Positions 1 to 8,009 of a stretch of DNA of 20,000 nt are shown one piece after another. A model generated the notes under the pieces. That model searched no databases. It saw only the letters and a program-made list of their open reading frames with translations, and was not told where the DNA came from. Location: the NCBI GenBank assembly GCA_023256355.1, contig JAGDXJ010000030.1, positions 19,949-39,948 of the forward strand. The letters are read 5' to 3'. The number at the start of each line of letters is the position of its first letter. The first letter of the stretch is position 1. Origin of the DNA: Nitrososphaerales archaeon. Lineage in GTDB: Archaea; Thermoproteota; Nitrososphaeria; Conexivisphaerales; UBA164. The translations under genes were made by a program, and so were the position numbers.

Positions 1-2
1 TA

Positions 3-863
3 GCTTATTTGCCTAACTACTGGGCATATAAAGTAGATATGCTCGTTAAAAGCACTGATGTGCCTGAAGGCATGAGCGGTTATCAACTTGGACGCAAGTC
101 TGTTGCTGCGGTACTTTCTGATCTTTCAACCAAGGGCATTAGCGCAAAGTTTATGATGCTAAGTTTTGCTTTTCCAGAAGGAATAAACAACGAATACATA
201 ATTGAAATTTTAAAAGGAATAAAAGAAATGACAGATAAGTACAAAATAACGCTTATTGGTGGTGATGTTAACAAGGCTAATGATTTAATAGTGGATTGTA
301 TAATAATGGGCAAATATAGAAGAAAGGTTCTAAGAAGTGGTGCGCGTGTTGGTGATCAAGTATATGTTGTTGGAAATTTTGGATTAACAGCTATAGGCTT
401 AGATTACCTTATTAATAAAAAAAAGATTACTAATGAAAAATTAAAGATCTTCGCTTTAAAAGCCGTTTATGAACCCGATCCGCAAGTTAACTTTAACATA
501 GACGTTATAAATTCAGGTTGTGCGACGGCATCTATGGATTCTAGCGATGGTTTAGCATACACTCTTAACGAAATTGCAGAGCAAAGTAAAGTTAAGATCG
601 TAGTTAACAATTATCCAATGAGTAAAGAAATAAAAAAATTAATTACATTAGAGGGTAGAGATCCTCTAAAGGATGCGCTTTATGGTGGAGAAGAATATCA
701 AATGGTGTTTACTATCGATCCTAGAAAAGAATACGTTTTAAGAAAGCTTGCAAAAAAACACAAAGTTAAAATTTTTAACATCGGATCTGTTGTAGAAGGT
801 AAAGGTGTTTATTTAAGTAATGGTGATAAAGTAGAAAAGAAAGGATGGGTTTTCACTTTTTAA
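3..863 (+). CDS. thiL: Thiamine-monophosphate kinase-like (ThiL/PurM fold), 5' truncated by window edge
   Basis: Frame is open to the window start (codons from nt 3). Protein has LSDLSTKGISAKFMMLSFAFPEG, GGDVNKANDLIVDCIIMG, SGARVGDQVYVVGNFG, MDSSDGLAYTLNEIA and ALYGGEEYQMVFTI, typical of ThiL. Confidence 0.88.
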   Translation, partial: AYLPNYWAYKVDMLVKSTDVPEGMSGYQLGRKSVAAVLSDLSTKGISAKFMMLSFAFPEGINNEYIIEILKGIKEMTDKYKITLIGGDVNKANDLIVDCIIMGKYRRKVLRSGARVGDQVYVVGNFGLTAIGLDYLINKKKITNEKLKIFALKAVYEPDPQVNFNIDVINSGCATASMDSSDGLAYTLNEIAEQSKVKIVVNNYPMSKEIKKLITLEGRDPLKDALYGGEEYQMVFTIDPRKEYVLRKLAKKHKVKIFNIGSVVEGKGVYLSNGDKVEKKGWVFTF

Positions 864-1276
864 CCCGTCTTATCTTTAATAATTATTTTTTCAACTTCTT
901 TTCTAAAATATACCCATTCTCTTCCAGCCTTTTTTCTTGAAAGTTCTCCTTTATCATACATTCTCCTGAGATATGTAGAAATTATTGGTAATTTAACGCT
1001 GGTGTTGAACCGGTCTTCAAGCATGCTAAGTACATCTTTTGAAGTAAACCCAGTAAGAGGAAGTGTGTTTATTAACTGTTTTATTTTACTATAAAGGTCT
1101 TTTTCATATTCTTCATCTACATCTTTCTTATCATTATTTTCAGAAGATACAGAAAGAAGGTCATAAAGCTCTAGAAGTCTTAAAACTTTATTTTTTTCGA
1201 TGTTTCCCTCTACCTTAAAAGAATATCTAGCACCATTCTCATCCTCAAACTCTAGCTTTATGGCCTTTTTTGGCAA
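860..1276 (-). CDS. Hypothetical protein with C-terminal winged-helix-like domain
   Basis: 138 aa ORF; C-terminal LPLTGFTSKDVLSMLEDRFNTSVKLPIISTYLRRMYDKGELSRKKAGREWVYFRKE resembles wHTH. Convergent with thiL, 4-nt overlap. Confidence 0.75.
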   Translation of the reverse strand: MPKKAIKLEFEDENGARYSFKVEGNIEKNKVLRLLELYDLLSVSSENNDKKDVDEEYEKDLYSKIKQLINTLPLTGFTSKDVLSMLEDRFNTSVKLPIISTYLRRMYDKGELSRKKAGREWVYFRKEVEKIIIKDKTG

Positions 1277-1417
1277 ATTTCTGTTTTTTGTTAACAGACT
1301 TTAAAAATAAGTATGTTTGATAATTTTTGTTAACAAGTTATCAAAGTTACTATTATATGAGTATTACCTTAACTTTATATTAACTACATCAATTAAGTTT
1401 GAATTAATTATACCGTT

Positions 1418-1445
1418 TGCAATTGCTCCAGTGGAAATATAGGGG
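1418..1445 (+). promoter_or_regulatory. Candidate Origin Recognition Box, copy 1 (coordinates +/-1)
   Basis: tgcaattgctccagtggaaatatagggg: TCCA-g-TGGA dyad followed by AAA and a GGGG string, matching the known archaeal ORB architecture; upstream of orc1/cdc6. Confidence 0.82.
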
Positions 1446-1476
1446 TTGTTTTACAGTTAATGATTGATAATAAACC

Positions 1477-1504
1477 TGCAATTGCTCCAGTGGAAATATA
1501 GGGG
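1477..1504 (+). promoter_or_regulatory. Candidate Origin Recognition Box, copy 2, direct repeat of copy 1
   Basis: Identical 28-nt sequence in the same orientation about 59 nt downstream of copy 1. Confidence 0.82.
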
Positions 1505-1582
1505 CATCAATTTATGGAATAAAATGGGTTAATTAACAATAATTTAACTTGAATAAACAGGAGTTACACCCCTTATCTTCTT

Positions 1583-1700
1583 TTGTTTCTTCTCTATTTT
1601 TTTATTATAATAATTTTTAATTTTTGTTTAAAAAAATTTATTATTGGTAAATTTATCTTTATTTTTATCTTTTTAATTTCTTTTATAAATTATTATACTT
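1583..1700. other. AT-rich tract, candidate duplex-unwinding element of the origin
   Basis: Nearly pure A/T (tattttttttattataataatttttaatttttgtttaaaaaaatttattattgg...) between the ORB-like repeats and orc1/cdc6. Confidence 0.5.
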
Positions 1701-1740
1701 GTAAAAAAGATGCAGAAGAAATCATGGGGTGTAGGGTTTA

Positions 1741-2958
1741 TTGTCTGAATTTCTTGATGATATATTTAACAAAGTAGCATCAGGTAAATCAATTTTTAAA
1801 AAGCGTGAAGTTCTTAATATAGATTATATACCAGAAAGGATACTCTTTAGAGAAGAACAAATAAAAAAGATCGGAGAGACGTTATCTCCTGTTATAAAAG
1901 GTGCTAAACCTTCGAACCTTTTACTTTATGGAAAAACAGGAACAGGAAAAACCATGGTAGCCAGATATGTTATGAATAAACTTAATGATTATATAAAAGA
2001 AAACAATACAGTTTTCGCTTATCTTAACTGTAGAATAAACGGCACTCCTTATAGAGTTTTAAGTGAAATTGGAGAGCATATTGGAGTGAAAATTCCCTTT
2101 ACTGGATTGTCTTTGAGTGAAGTACAAAAAAGAATATTTGACCATTTAATTGATAATGGAATTAAATTGGTTCTTATTCTAGACGAAATAGATTTTTTGG
2201 TTAATAATGCTTCTAAAAGAGATATCGGAAATGACATACTTTATCAATTCACTAGATATGATAGTATATATAACACAAAGGGCACCAAAAGCTTTGTTAC
2301 AATAGTAGGAATCTCAAACGATTTAAAATTCATGGAATATCTCGAAGGAAGAGTTCAAAGCAGCTTAAGATCAGAAGAAATACTTTTCCCGCCATATACA
2401 GTAGAAGAAATAAAAGAAATACTAAAAGATAGAGTAAAAGAAGCATTTGTTGAAAATTCAGTAAGCAATGAAATAATAAATCTTATTGCTGCCTATTCAG
2501 GCAGTGAACACGGTGACGCCAGAAGAGCAGTTGATCTTCTAAGGGTATCTGGAGAGCTTGCTGAAAGAGAGGGATCTATAAAGATCGAAGATAAGCATGT
2601 TCATGAGGCCCTTAAAAACATAGAAAAAGATAAAGTACAAGAAGCCATATCTTCTTTACCTGTACACGAAAAAGCAGTTATTTACTCAATTGCAAGCTTT
2701 CCAAACGGAGAAACAACAGGGCATGTCTATCTTAAATACCAAGAGGTATGCAATCAATTAGGATTGCAACCATTGACGCAAAGAAGAATAAGCTCTATAA
2801 TAAACGAGCTAGATATGTTAGGTTTGGTCTCAGCTCCAATAATAAACAGGGGTAGGCATGGTAGATCTAAAAAAGTTGAACTAACCATAGATAAAAACCA
2901 AATAATTGAAGCATTAAAAAATGATGAAATTTTTAAATTATTACTTAACGCTGTTTAA
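1741..2958 (+). CDS. cdc6: Orc1/Cdc6 family replication initiator AAA+ ATPase
   Basis: 405 aa, TTG start; Walker A LLLYGKTGTGKTMVARYV, Walker B LVLILDEIDFLV, FTRYDS and C-terminal winged-helix region (TQRRISSIINELDMLGLVSAPIINRGRHGRSKKVELT). Confidence 0.96.
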   Translation: MSEFLDDIFNKVASGKSIFKKREVLNIDYIPERILFREEQIKKIGETLSPVIKGAKPSNLLLYGKTGTGKTMVARYVMNKLNDYIKENNTVFAYLNCRINGTPYRVLSEIGEHIGVKIPFTGLSLSEVQKRIFDHLIDNGIKLVLILDEIDFLVNNASKRDIGNDILYQFTRYDSIYNTKGTKSFVTIVGISNDLKFMEYLEGRVQSSLRSEEILFPPYTVEEIKEILKDRVKEAFVENSVSNEIINLIAAYSGSEHGDARRAVDLLRVSGELAEREGSIKIEDKHVHEALKNIEKDKVQEAISSLPVHEKAVIYSIASFPNGETTGHVYLKYQEVCNQLGLQPLTQRRISSIINELDMLGLVSAPIINRGRHGRSKKVELTIDKNQIIEALKNDEIFKLLLNAV

Positions 2959-3261
2959 AATCTCGTTTATTTTCATCAATGTTTCTGTAGGTACTATTTT
3001 TTTCCATCCAAGAAGATAAGTTCTTATCTCTTCTGGAGTTTTAGGCATAATGTTAACCAGCTGTATAGCATAATCTTCTTCGAGACCAACCTCTTTTTCT
3101 AGGGACTCAACTAGTTTTTTTGCTTGTTCACTATTTAACTTTGAAAAAACATTAACATATTCAAAAGTTCTTCTTTGTAATTCATCCATATCGCTTGTGG
3201 ACTGCGTTAAGATATCTTTTGCTTCATGTATGGTTATTTTTTTGCTCTTTATCATTTTCAT
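2941..3261 (-). CDS. rpoF: DNA-directed RNA polymerase subunit F (Rpb4-like)
   Basis: 106 aa; MIKSKKITIHEAKDIL...QRRTFEYVNVFSKLNSEQAKKLVESL...NIMPKTPEEIRTYL matches archaeal RpoF; next to L21e, a common archaeal arrangement. Confidence 0.87.
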   Translation of the reverse strand: MKMIKSKKITIHEAKDILTQSTSDMDELQRRTFEYVNVFSKLNSEQAKKLVESLEKEVGLEEDYAIQLVNIMPKTPEEIRTYLLGWKKIVPTETLMKINEILNSVK

Positions 3262-3550
3262 TTAAGCTTTCACCTTTGAACGGAATCACATGATCAAGTC
3301 TCGTGTAAAGTATTTTCTTTTTATCACCCACTTGAACCTCTACAACCAGGGATCTTTTTCGAACTTCAATTACTTTACCTACTAGCCCTTGAAATCTTCT
3401 ATGCGGCATACCTTTTGGTTGTGAAGGATCGATTTTGACAACTACTTTATCTCCATTTTTAAACTCATTTAAAAGATAAGAAAGTCCTCTTTTGCTTTCT
3501 AACGTTAATAACTTACGGGTTTTTCTTCTATAACCTTTATAATGTGGCAT
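3224..3550 (-). CDS. rpl21e: Large ribosomal subunit protein L21e
   Basis: MPHYKGYRRKTRKLLT..., VVKIDPSQPKGMPHRRFQGLVGKVIEVRKRSLVVEVQVGDKKKILYTRLDHVIPF, characteristic of eL21. Confidence 0.95.
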   Translation of the reverse strand: MPHYKGYRRKTRKLLTLESKRGLSYLLNEFKNGDKVVVKIDPSQPKGMPHRRFQGLVGKVIEVRKRSLVVEVQVGDKKKILYTRLDHVIPFKGESLNENDKEQKNNHT

Positions 3551-3642
3551 ATGTCGAAAGATAATAAGAATGTCTATATAAAAATTTACCTGAACATATT
3601 ATTTGTCTTTCAATGATAATGTCGATTTATTGGTACTTTAAA

Positions 3643-3759
3643 CTAGTTTACGTCAAGCAGACCAAGTCCATGTACCTGATGATATCCCTTTAGCTTAGTT
3701 ACGTTTCTTTTCATAGAGAGTTGAAAACCTAATTTAGTAAACCATGGCCTTTTTGACAC
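3643..3759 (-). other. Possible small ORF (GTG start, 38 aa) or gene relic in the kdpB-L21e gap
   Basis: Hand translation: VSKRPWFTKLGFQLSMKRNVTKLKGYHQVHGLGLLDVN*. Composition is less AT-rich than the flanks. No family recognised. Confidence 0.3.
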
Positions 3760-3843
3760 CCTAAATTTTAAATTTCAAATGGCTTAAAATTCAAATATAT
3801 TTGATTTACATAAAAGCTAATTCATATTGTTAAAAAATTAAGG

Positions 3844-5889
3844 TTAAAAGATCATAAGCAAAATTCCTATTAACTTTATTATAATAAACGGAAGAACAAC
3901 GCCTCCAAGCCCGTAGATAAGAACATTTTCTAAGTATATCATTCTTGGAGATTTTGGTTTAAATGATATGCCTTTAATAGCTATGGGTATAAGCATAGGA
4001 ATTATTATGGCGTTGTAAATCAGCGCAGAAATAACCGCAACATGCAAAGGTAAATGTAAAATATTGAGAATTTTTGCCACGCTTAAGAAACTCAGCAAAG
4101 CAGGTAGCACCACAAAGTACTTTGATACATCATTGGCAATAGAAAAGGTTGCTAATGATCCCCTTGTTATAAGTAGCTGTTTTCCTAACTTAATCACATC
4201 AATTATTTTTGAGGGATCTGATTCTAAATCTATCATGTTGGCAGCCTCCTTAGCAACTTCAGTACCAGTATACATTGCAAGACCAACGTTTGCCCTTGCA
4301 AGAGCAGGGGCGTCGTTAGTACCATCACCAACCATTGCTATAGTTTTCCCTTTACTCTGTTCTTCAAGCACTTTTTTGTATTTATCTTCAGGTTTAGCCT
4401 GAGAAATTACTTTGTTAATACCTACTTCAGAAGCGATTATCTGTGCTGTTATGGGATGATCCCCAGTTACCATATAAGGTTCTATTCCCATAGATTTGAG
4501 GGCTTCAATCTGTTCTTTGACCCCCTCTTTTAAAACATCTTTGAGTTCAAGAAGTCCTATTATTTCATCTCCTACTGCTACAGCTAAAGGCGTCCCCCCT
4601 TCTCTAGCAATTTCTTCAAGCTTCTCATCAAAATCGGGAGGAGCATGGAAGATTGTCCTCATGACATCGGGAGCTCCTTTAAATATAGGCATCTTTTCAT
4701 TTAAATAAGCTCCATAAAAATCAGATTTTCTAATAAGCCTCATTTCTTTATAAATTTCTTTTCCGGGCAACCTTAATCCCTTATAATAAATGCCGCTTTT
4801 CCTAGTTTTTGCAGAAAACTCCTCATATGATGACATTATGGCTTGATCTATTTCGCTCGGTACATAGTTTTTGCTTTGCAGATATCTAAGAATGGCTTTT
4901 CCTTCTTGAGTATCATCTTGAATTGAAGAGAGGAAGAGAGCTTTAGCCACATCTTCTTCTGTGTAAGAGTTAAGAGGTATTATTTTTACAGGTTCCCTTC
5001 TACCCAAAGTTATGGTTCCGGTTTTATCAAGCAAGACTACATCAATATCACCAGCAGCCTCAATTGCCTTTCCAGATTTTGATATCACCTTTATTTTCCA
5101 CAACCTTGTTAATCCTGATATTCCAATAGCTTCTTCCAGAGCACCTATAGTAGTAGGGAGCAGGCAAACATAAAACCCAAACAATATAGGTATGCTTAAA
5201 GAATAACCCAAAAGCCTGATCGTAACGCCTAATGAAAAAACCACCAAGCTTAACAAAAAGGTTATTCCATAAATTAAAGCATCAAGCTGCTTTTCACTCT
5301 CACCCTTAGGCCTTTTTGTTTTTTCAATCATTCCAGCAATTCTGTATACGTAAGATTCTTTGAGGGTTTTAGTAACCTTAATCTTAATCCAGTCGCTTAC
5401 AACTTTACTGCCAGAAATTACCTCATCGTTTACATATTTGATTACAGGCAAAGATTCCCCAGTAACTAAAGATTCATCTATGGCAGCCGCTCCTTCTACA
5501 ATTATTCCATCAAGCGGTATTATCTCGTTCTCTTTAACTAAAATTATATCGCCTGCTGAAACAACATCAGGAGGAACGTATACTTCAGAACTCTCATGTG
5601 TTATTTTTCGCACAGATAGATTTGAAGTCACATTTAAAAGTGAAGTAGCTGTAAGTTTTGCTTGATGTTCTGAGTATGAATCAGCGAATGTACCGAACCA
5701 GACCGTTGCAAATATCAATAATGCTATAGATAAATTGAACGGCGTAATTTCTTTTATATAAAACATATAGATTGCAGTTATTAAGAAAGAAATTTCTGTA
5801 AGAAGCAAAACCGGATTTTTTTTAAGATATACTGGAGAAAGCCTAATTATCGAATTTTTTAATACTTGAAGATAATCTCCAAGCTCCAA
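3844..5889 (-). CDS. kdpB: Potassium-transporting P-type ATPase catalytic subunit KdpB
   Basis: 681 aa; DKTGTIT phosphorylation motif, VTGESLPV, VTGDHPITAQIIASEVGI, VGDGTNDAPALARANVGLAMYTGTEVAKEAANMIDLESDPSKI. Confidence 0.97.
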   Translation of the reverse strand: MELGDYLQVLKNSIIRLSPVYLKKNPVLLLTEISFLITAIYMFYIKEITPFNLSIALLIFATVWFGTFADSYSEHQAKLTATSLLNVTSNLSVRKITHESSEVYVPPDVVSAGDIILVKENEIIPLDGIIVEGAAAIDESLVTGESLPVIKYVNDEVISGSKVVSDWIKIKVTKTLKESYVYRIAGMIEKTKRPKGESEKQLDALIYGITFLLSLVVFSLGVTIRLLGYSLSIPILFGFYVCLLPTTIGALEEAIGISGLTRLWKIKVISKSGKAIEAAGDIDVVLLDKTGTITLGRREPVKIIPLNSYTEEDVAKALFLSSIQDDTQEGKAILRYLQSKNYVPSEIDQAIMSSYEEFSAKTRKSGIYYKGLRLPGKEIYKEMRLIRKSDFYGAYLNEKMPIFKGAPDVMRTIFHAPPDFDEKLEEIAREGGTPLAVAVGDEIIGLLELKDVLKEGVKEQIEALKSMGIEPYMVTGDHPITAQIIASEVGINKVISQAKPEDKYKKVLEEQSKGKTIAMVGDGTNDAPALARANVGLAMYTGTEVAKEAANMIDLESDPSKIIDVIKLGKQLLITRGSLATFSIANDVSKYFVVLPALLSFLSVAKILNILHLPLHVAVISALIYNAIIIPMLIPIAIKGISFKPKSPRMIYLENVLIYGLGGVVLPFIIIKLIGILLMIF

Positions 5890-5895
5890 ATAATA

Positions 5896-7428
5896 TCACC
5901 CTATCGAAAGCGGACCTAAAGCTAACAACGGTAGAATTGAAATTATGACAAGCAAAAATATAAAAAATACTAAAGAAAGCGAAAAATAAACAGAGTCTAT
6001 TCTCAAGTCTGTTTTCGTAAAACTTATTTCTTTACTCGCTAATGAATCGCTTATTTTTATCATAAAGTAGATAGGAACATACCTTCCTAATAGCATAAGG
6101 ATTCCCGTTAAAATGTTTAACGAATTAATGTTGCCGGTTGCGCCATAAAAATCCGAACCATTGTTCACACTAGCGGAAACGATTTCCCAAAGAAGCTTGG
6201 TAAATCCATAGCCTGGTGAGAAATTAAACATCCTTAAAGCAAAGATAGCTATAGGTATGGCTGTTAAAACTAACGCAAAATGAAAAATATAACCCAAAAC
6301 GGCGTATTCTATTTCTTTGTGTTCTAGTTTATAACCAAAAAGTTTTGGCATTCTACCGCTCATTAAAGCCGTAAAAAATATTGTTATGATAATTATAAAT
6401 ATTAATGAAATAAAGCCAGTACCAACACTACCAGGCAAAGCATCACCCTGCATAAGTATGATAAAAACAGCAAGCTGTATAGGTGACAATAGCTTGAGTA
6501 TAAAGACGCTCGCTCCCGTATTTGTAGCTATTGATGAATAAAAAAGACTTAAAGAAGCATAATCGCCTAGAGCTGCGGGCATTGATTTGTTAAAAAGAGG
6601 GTATAAGTTTTCGAGGAGTATCAAGTTAAAGGCAAAGTAAAAAATCAAAACAACCAAAAAAATGGAAATGCTCAGTTTAATATTTTTAGTAATTTTGCCT
6701 ATTAGAAAAATAAGAGAAAACGGCAATAAATTTAAAACTACTATGTCCAAAAAAGCCGTTATTGAGTTAGGCATAAGGGCTCCTTCAGCAATACCTTCTG
6801 TAATATAAGAACCACCATTGTTGCCTAGCAAGGTTATAGTATTATAGATACTTAAAGGGGCATCTTTAATTCCTTGTAAATTTGAAAAAGGGAAACCAAA
6901 AGCAACGCCAAAAAAATCATATAAAATTGTAATCACAAAAACTGCTGCAGCAAGCAATAAAACACTATTTAAAAAATCAACATAAAAGTTACCAAATTTT
7001 TTATAAAAAAGTGACCTAAATATAGCTACAGCAACCGAAAGACCAGTGGCAGGAGCTACAAATTGCAAATACATAAGGCCCGTTGTCTGTACCAAATACG
7101 GTAATTGCTGATTTATAAAATGTTGCAGGTTTGTATTTGTGATATATGATGTGATTATATTAAACCATAAGAAATTATTATGTGATGTGATGTAACCATA
7201 CCATAAAATCACAAACGCGATCATAGCTGAAAATAAATTAACTAGCACTAAACTAAAAAAGTACTCATTGGCGAGCATATCCCATTTAAAAGCGCGTAAA
7301 AAAAGAGAATGTGGTTTTAAATCGAAGAAAATTCGATACATGGCTAGGGCTAGGAAGTATGAAAATATAATACTAATAGCATAAGTATATATAAACCAAA
7401 CAATGTAGCTATATACAGCTATGTTCAA
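5896..7428 (-). CDS. kdpA: Potassium-transporting ATPase subunit KdpA
   Basis: 510 aa multi-TM; KdpA filter-loop segments LLGNNGGSYITEG, SIATNTGASVF, VNNGSDFYGATGN, AMSGRMPKLFG; directly upstream of kdpB. Confidence 0.95.
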   Translation of the reverse strand: MNIAVYSYIVWFIYTYAISIIFSYFLALAMYRIFFDLKPHSLFLRAFKWDMLANEYFFSLVLVNLFSAMIAFVILWYGYITSHNNFLWFNIITSYITNTNLQHFINQQLPYLVQTTGLMYLQFVAPATGLSVAVAIFRSLFYKKFGNFYVDFLNSVLLLAAAVFVITILYDFFGVAFGFPFSNLQGIKDAPLSIYNTITLLGNNGGSYITEGIAEGALMPNSITAFLDIVVLNLLPFSLIFLIGKITKNIKLSISIFLVVLIFYFAFNLILLENLYPLFNKSMPAALGDYASLSLFYSSIATNTGASVFILKLLSPIQLAVFIILMQGDALPGSVGTGFISLIFIIIITIFFTALMSGRMPKLFGYKLEHKEIEYAVLGYIFHFALVLTAIPIAIFALRMFNFSPGYGFTKLLWEIVSASVNNGSDFYGATGNINSLNILTGILMLLGRYVPIYFMIKISDSLASKEISFTKTDLRIDSVYFSLSLVFFIFLLVIISILPLLALGPLSIG

Positions 7429-7892
7429 TAGTTATCACTTAAGTATTGTCGACCCTTATCATCTAATATGTATTTATAAGGTTTACTTTCGTTTAATTTT
7501 TTCAAATATCCCTCTTTATTGAGATAGGATAACATTCTGGAAGCATGCTCTCTTGTGATGTTAAATTTTTGCATCACATCACGTGCTGATACAGGCGTAG
7601 TGTTAGCAATTTTTAATATTTCAACCTGTGTTTTGTTTAATTCAGTTTGCGCTTTAGGCTTATTTACTTGCGTTTTGATTTGATCATTAGAATTTAGAGA
7701 ATTAATGTCACTTTGTATTTTCTTTTTAATTATGTATTCTTTTGTGATATCATTAAATACATTATACTCCTCTTTCATTTTATTAACATAATGATAAATC
7801 AATAAGATAGCTGATATTGATATCATCAGCGAAAAAAATGATATTAATGCGCTTATTGTCGTGATGTTCATTGTCAAATGGTATAAAATCAC
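7425..7892 (-). CDS. Membrane-anchored winged-helix protein, putative kdp regulator
   Basis: N-terminal hydrophobic segment TTISALISFFSLMISISAILLIYHYV, then linker and C-terminal HTH (TPVSARDVMQKFNITREHASRMLSYLNKEGYLKKLNESKPYKYILDDKGRQYL). Overlaps kdpA by 4 nt. Confidence 0.8.
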   Translation of the reverse strand: MILYHLTMNITTISALISFFSLMISISAILLIYHYVNKMKEEYNVFNDITKEYIIKKKIQSDINSLNSNDQIKTQVNKPKAQTELNKTQVEILKIANTTPVSARDVMQKFNITREHASRMLSYLNKEGYLKKLNESKPYKYILDDKGRQYLSDNY

Positions 7893-7985
7893 GTAATTAT
7901 ATAAACATTAATTTTTAAAGTCACGATAGAGGTAATTTAGCGTAATTAATTTAAGAAAAGTTAAGCAGTGTTCTAAATGTTTAAA

Positions 7986-8003
7986 CTATACATTTTTGTA
8001 TAG
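7986..8003. promoter_or_regulatory. Perfect inverted repeat, possible operator/promoter element
   Basis: CTATACA-TTTT-TGTATAG in the divergent intergenic region, ending 6 nt before the ORF at 8010. Confidence 0.4.
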
Positions 8004-8009
8004 TATTGT

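Noticed and set aside
83-313. Minus-strand 76-aa ORF inside thiL.
   Set aside because: Antisense shadow of a well-supported coding sequence.
1418-1504. Two 28-nt repeats with a 31-nt spacer looked like a minimal CRISPR array.
   Set aside because: Only two repeats, no cas genes nearby, and the sequence fits the archaeal ORB (dyad plus G-string) beside orc1/cdc6 much better.
1583-1777. 64-aa plus-strand ORF (MFLLYFFIIIIFNF...).
   Set aside because: Low-complexity translation of the AT-rich tract and it overlaps the orc1/cdc6 start; likely spurious.
2049-2237. Minus-strand ORF inside orc1/cdc6.
   Set aside because: Antisense shadow ORF.
3640-3760. TGATGA-like C-box motif in the kdpB-L21e gap, considered as a C/D box guide RNA.
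   Set aside because: No convincing paired D box or kink-turn geometry could be found by eye; left only as a possible small ORF/relic.
4064-5665. Plus-strand ORFs (4064-4402, 4496-4708, 5360-5665) inside kdpB.
   Set aside because: All lie antisense to a confident KdpB and show no recognisable protein features.
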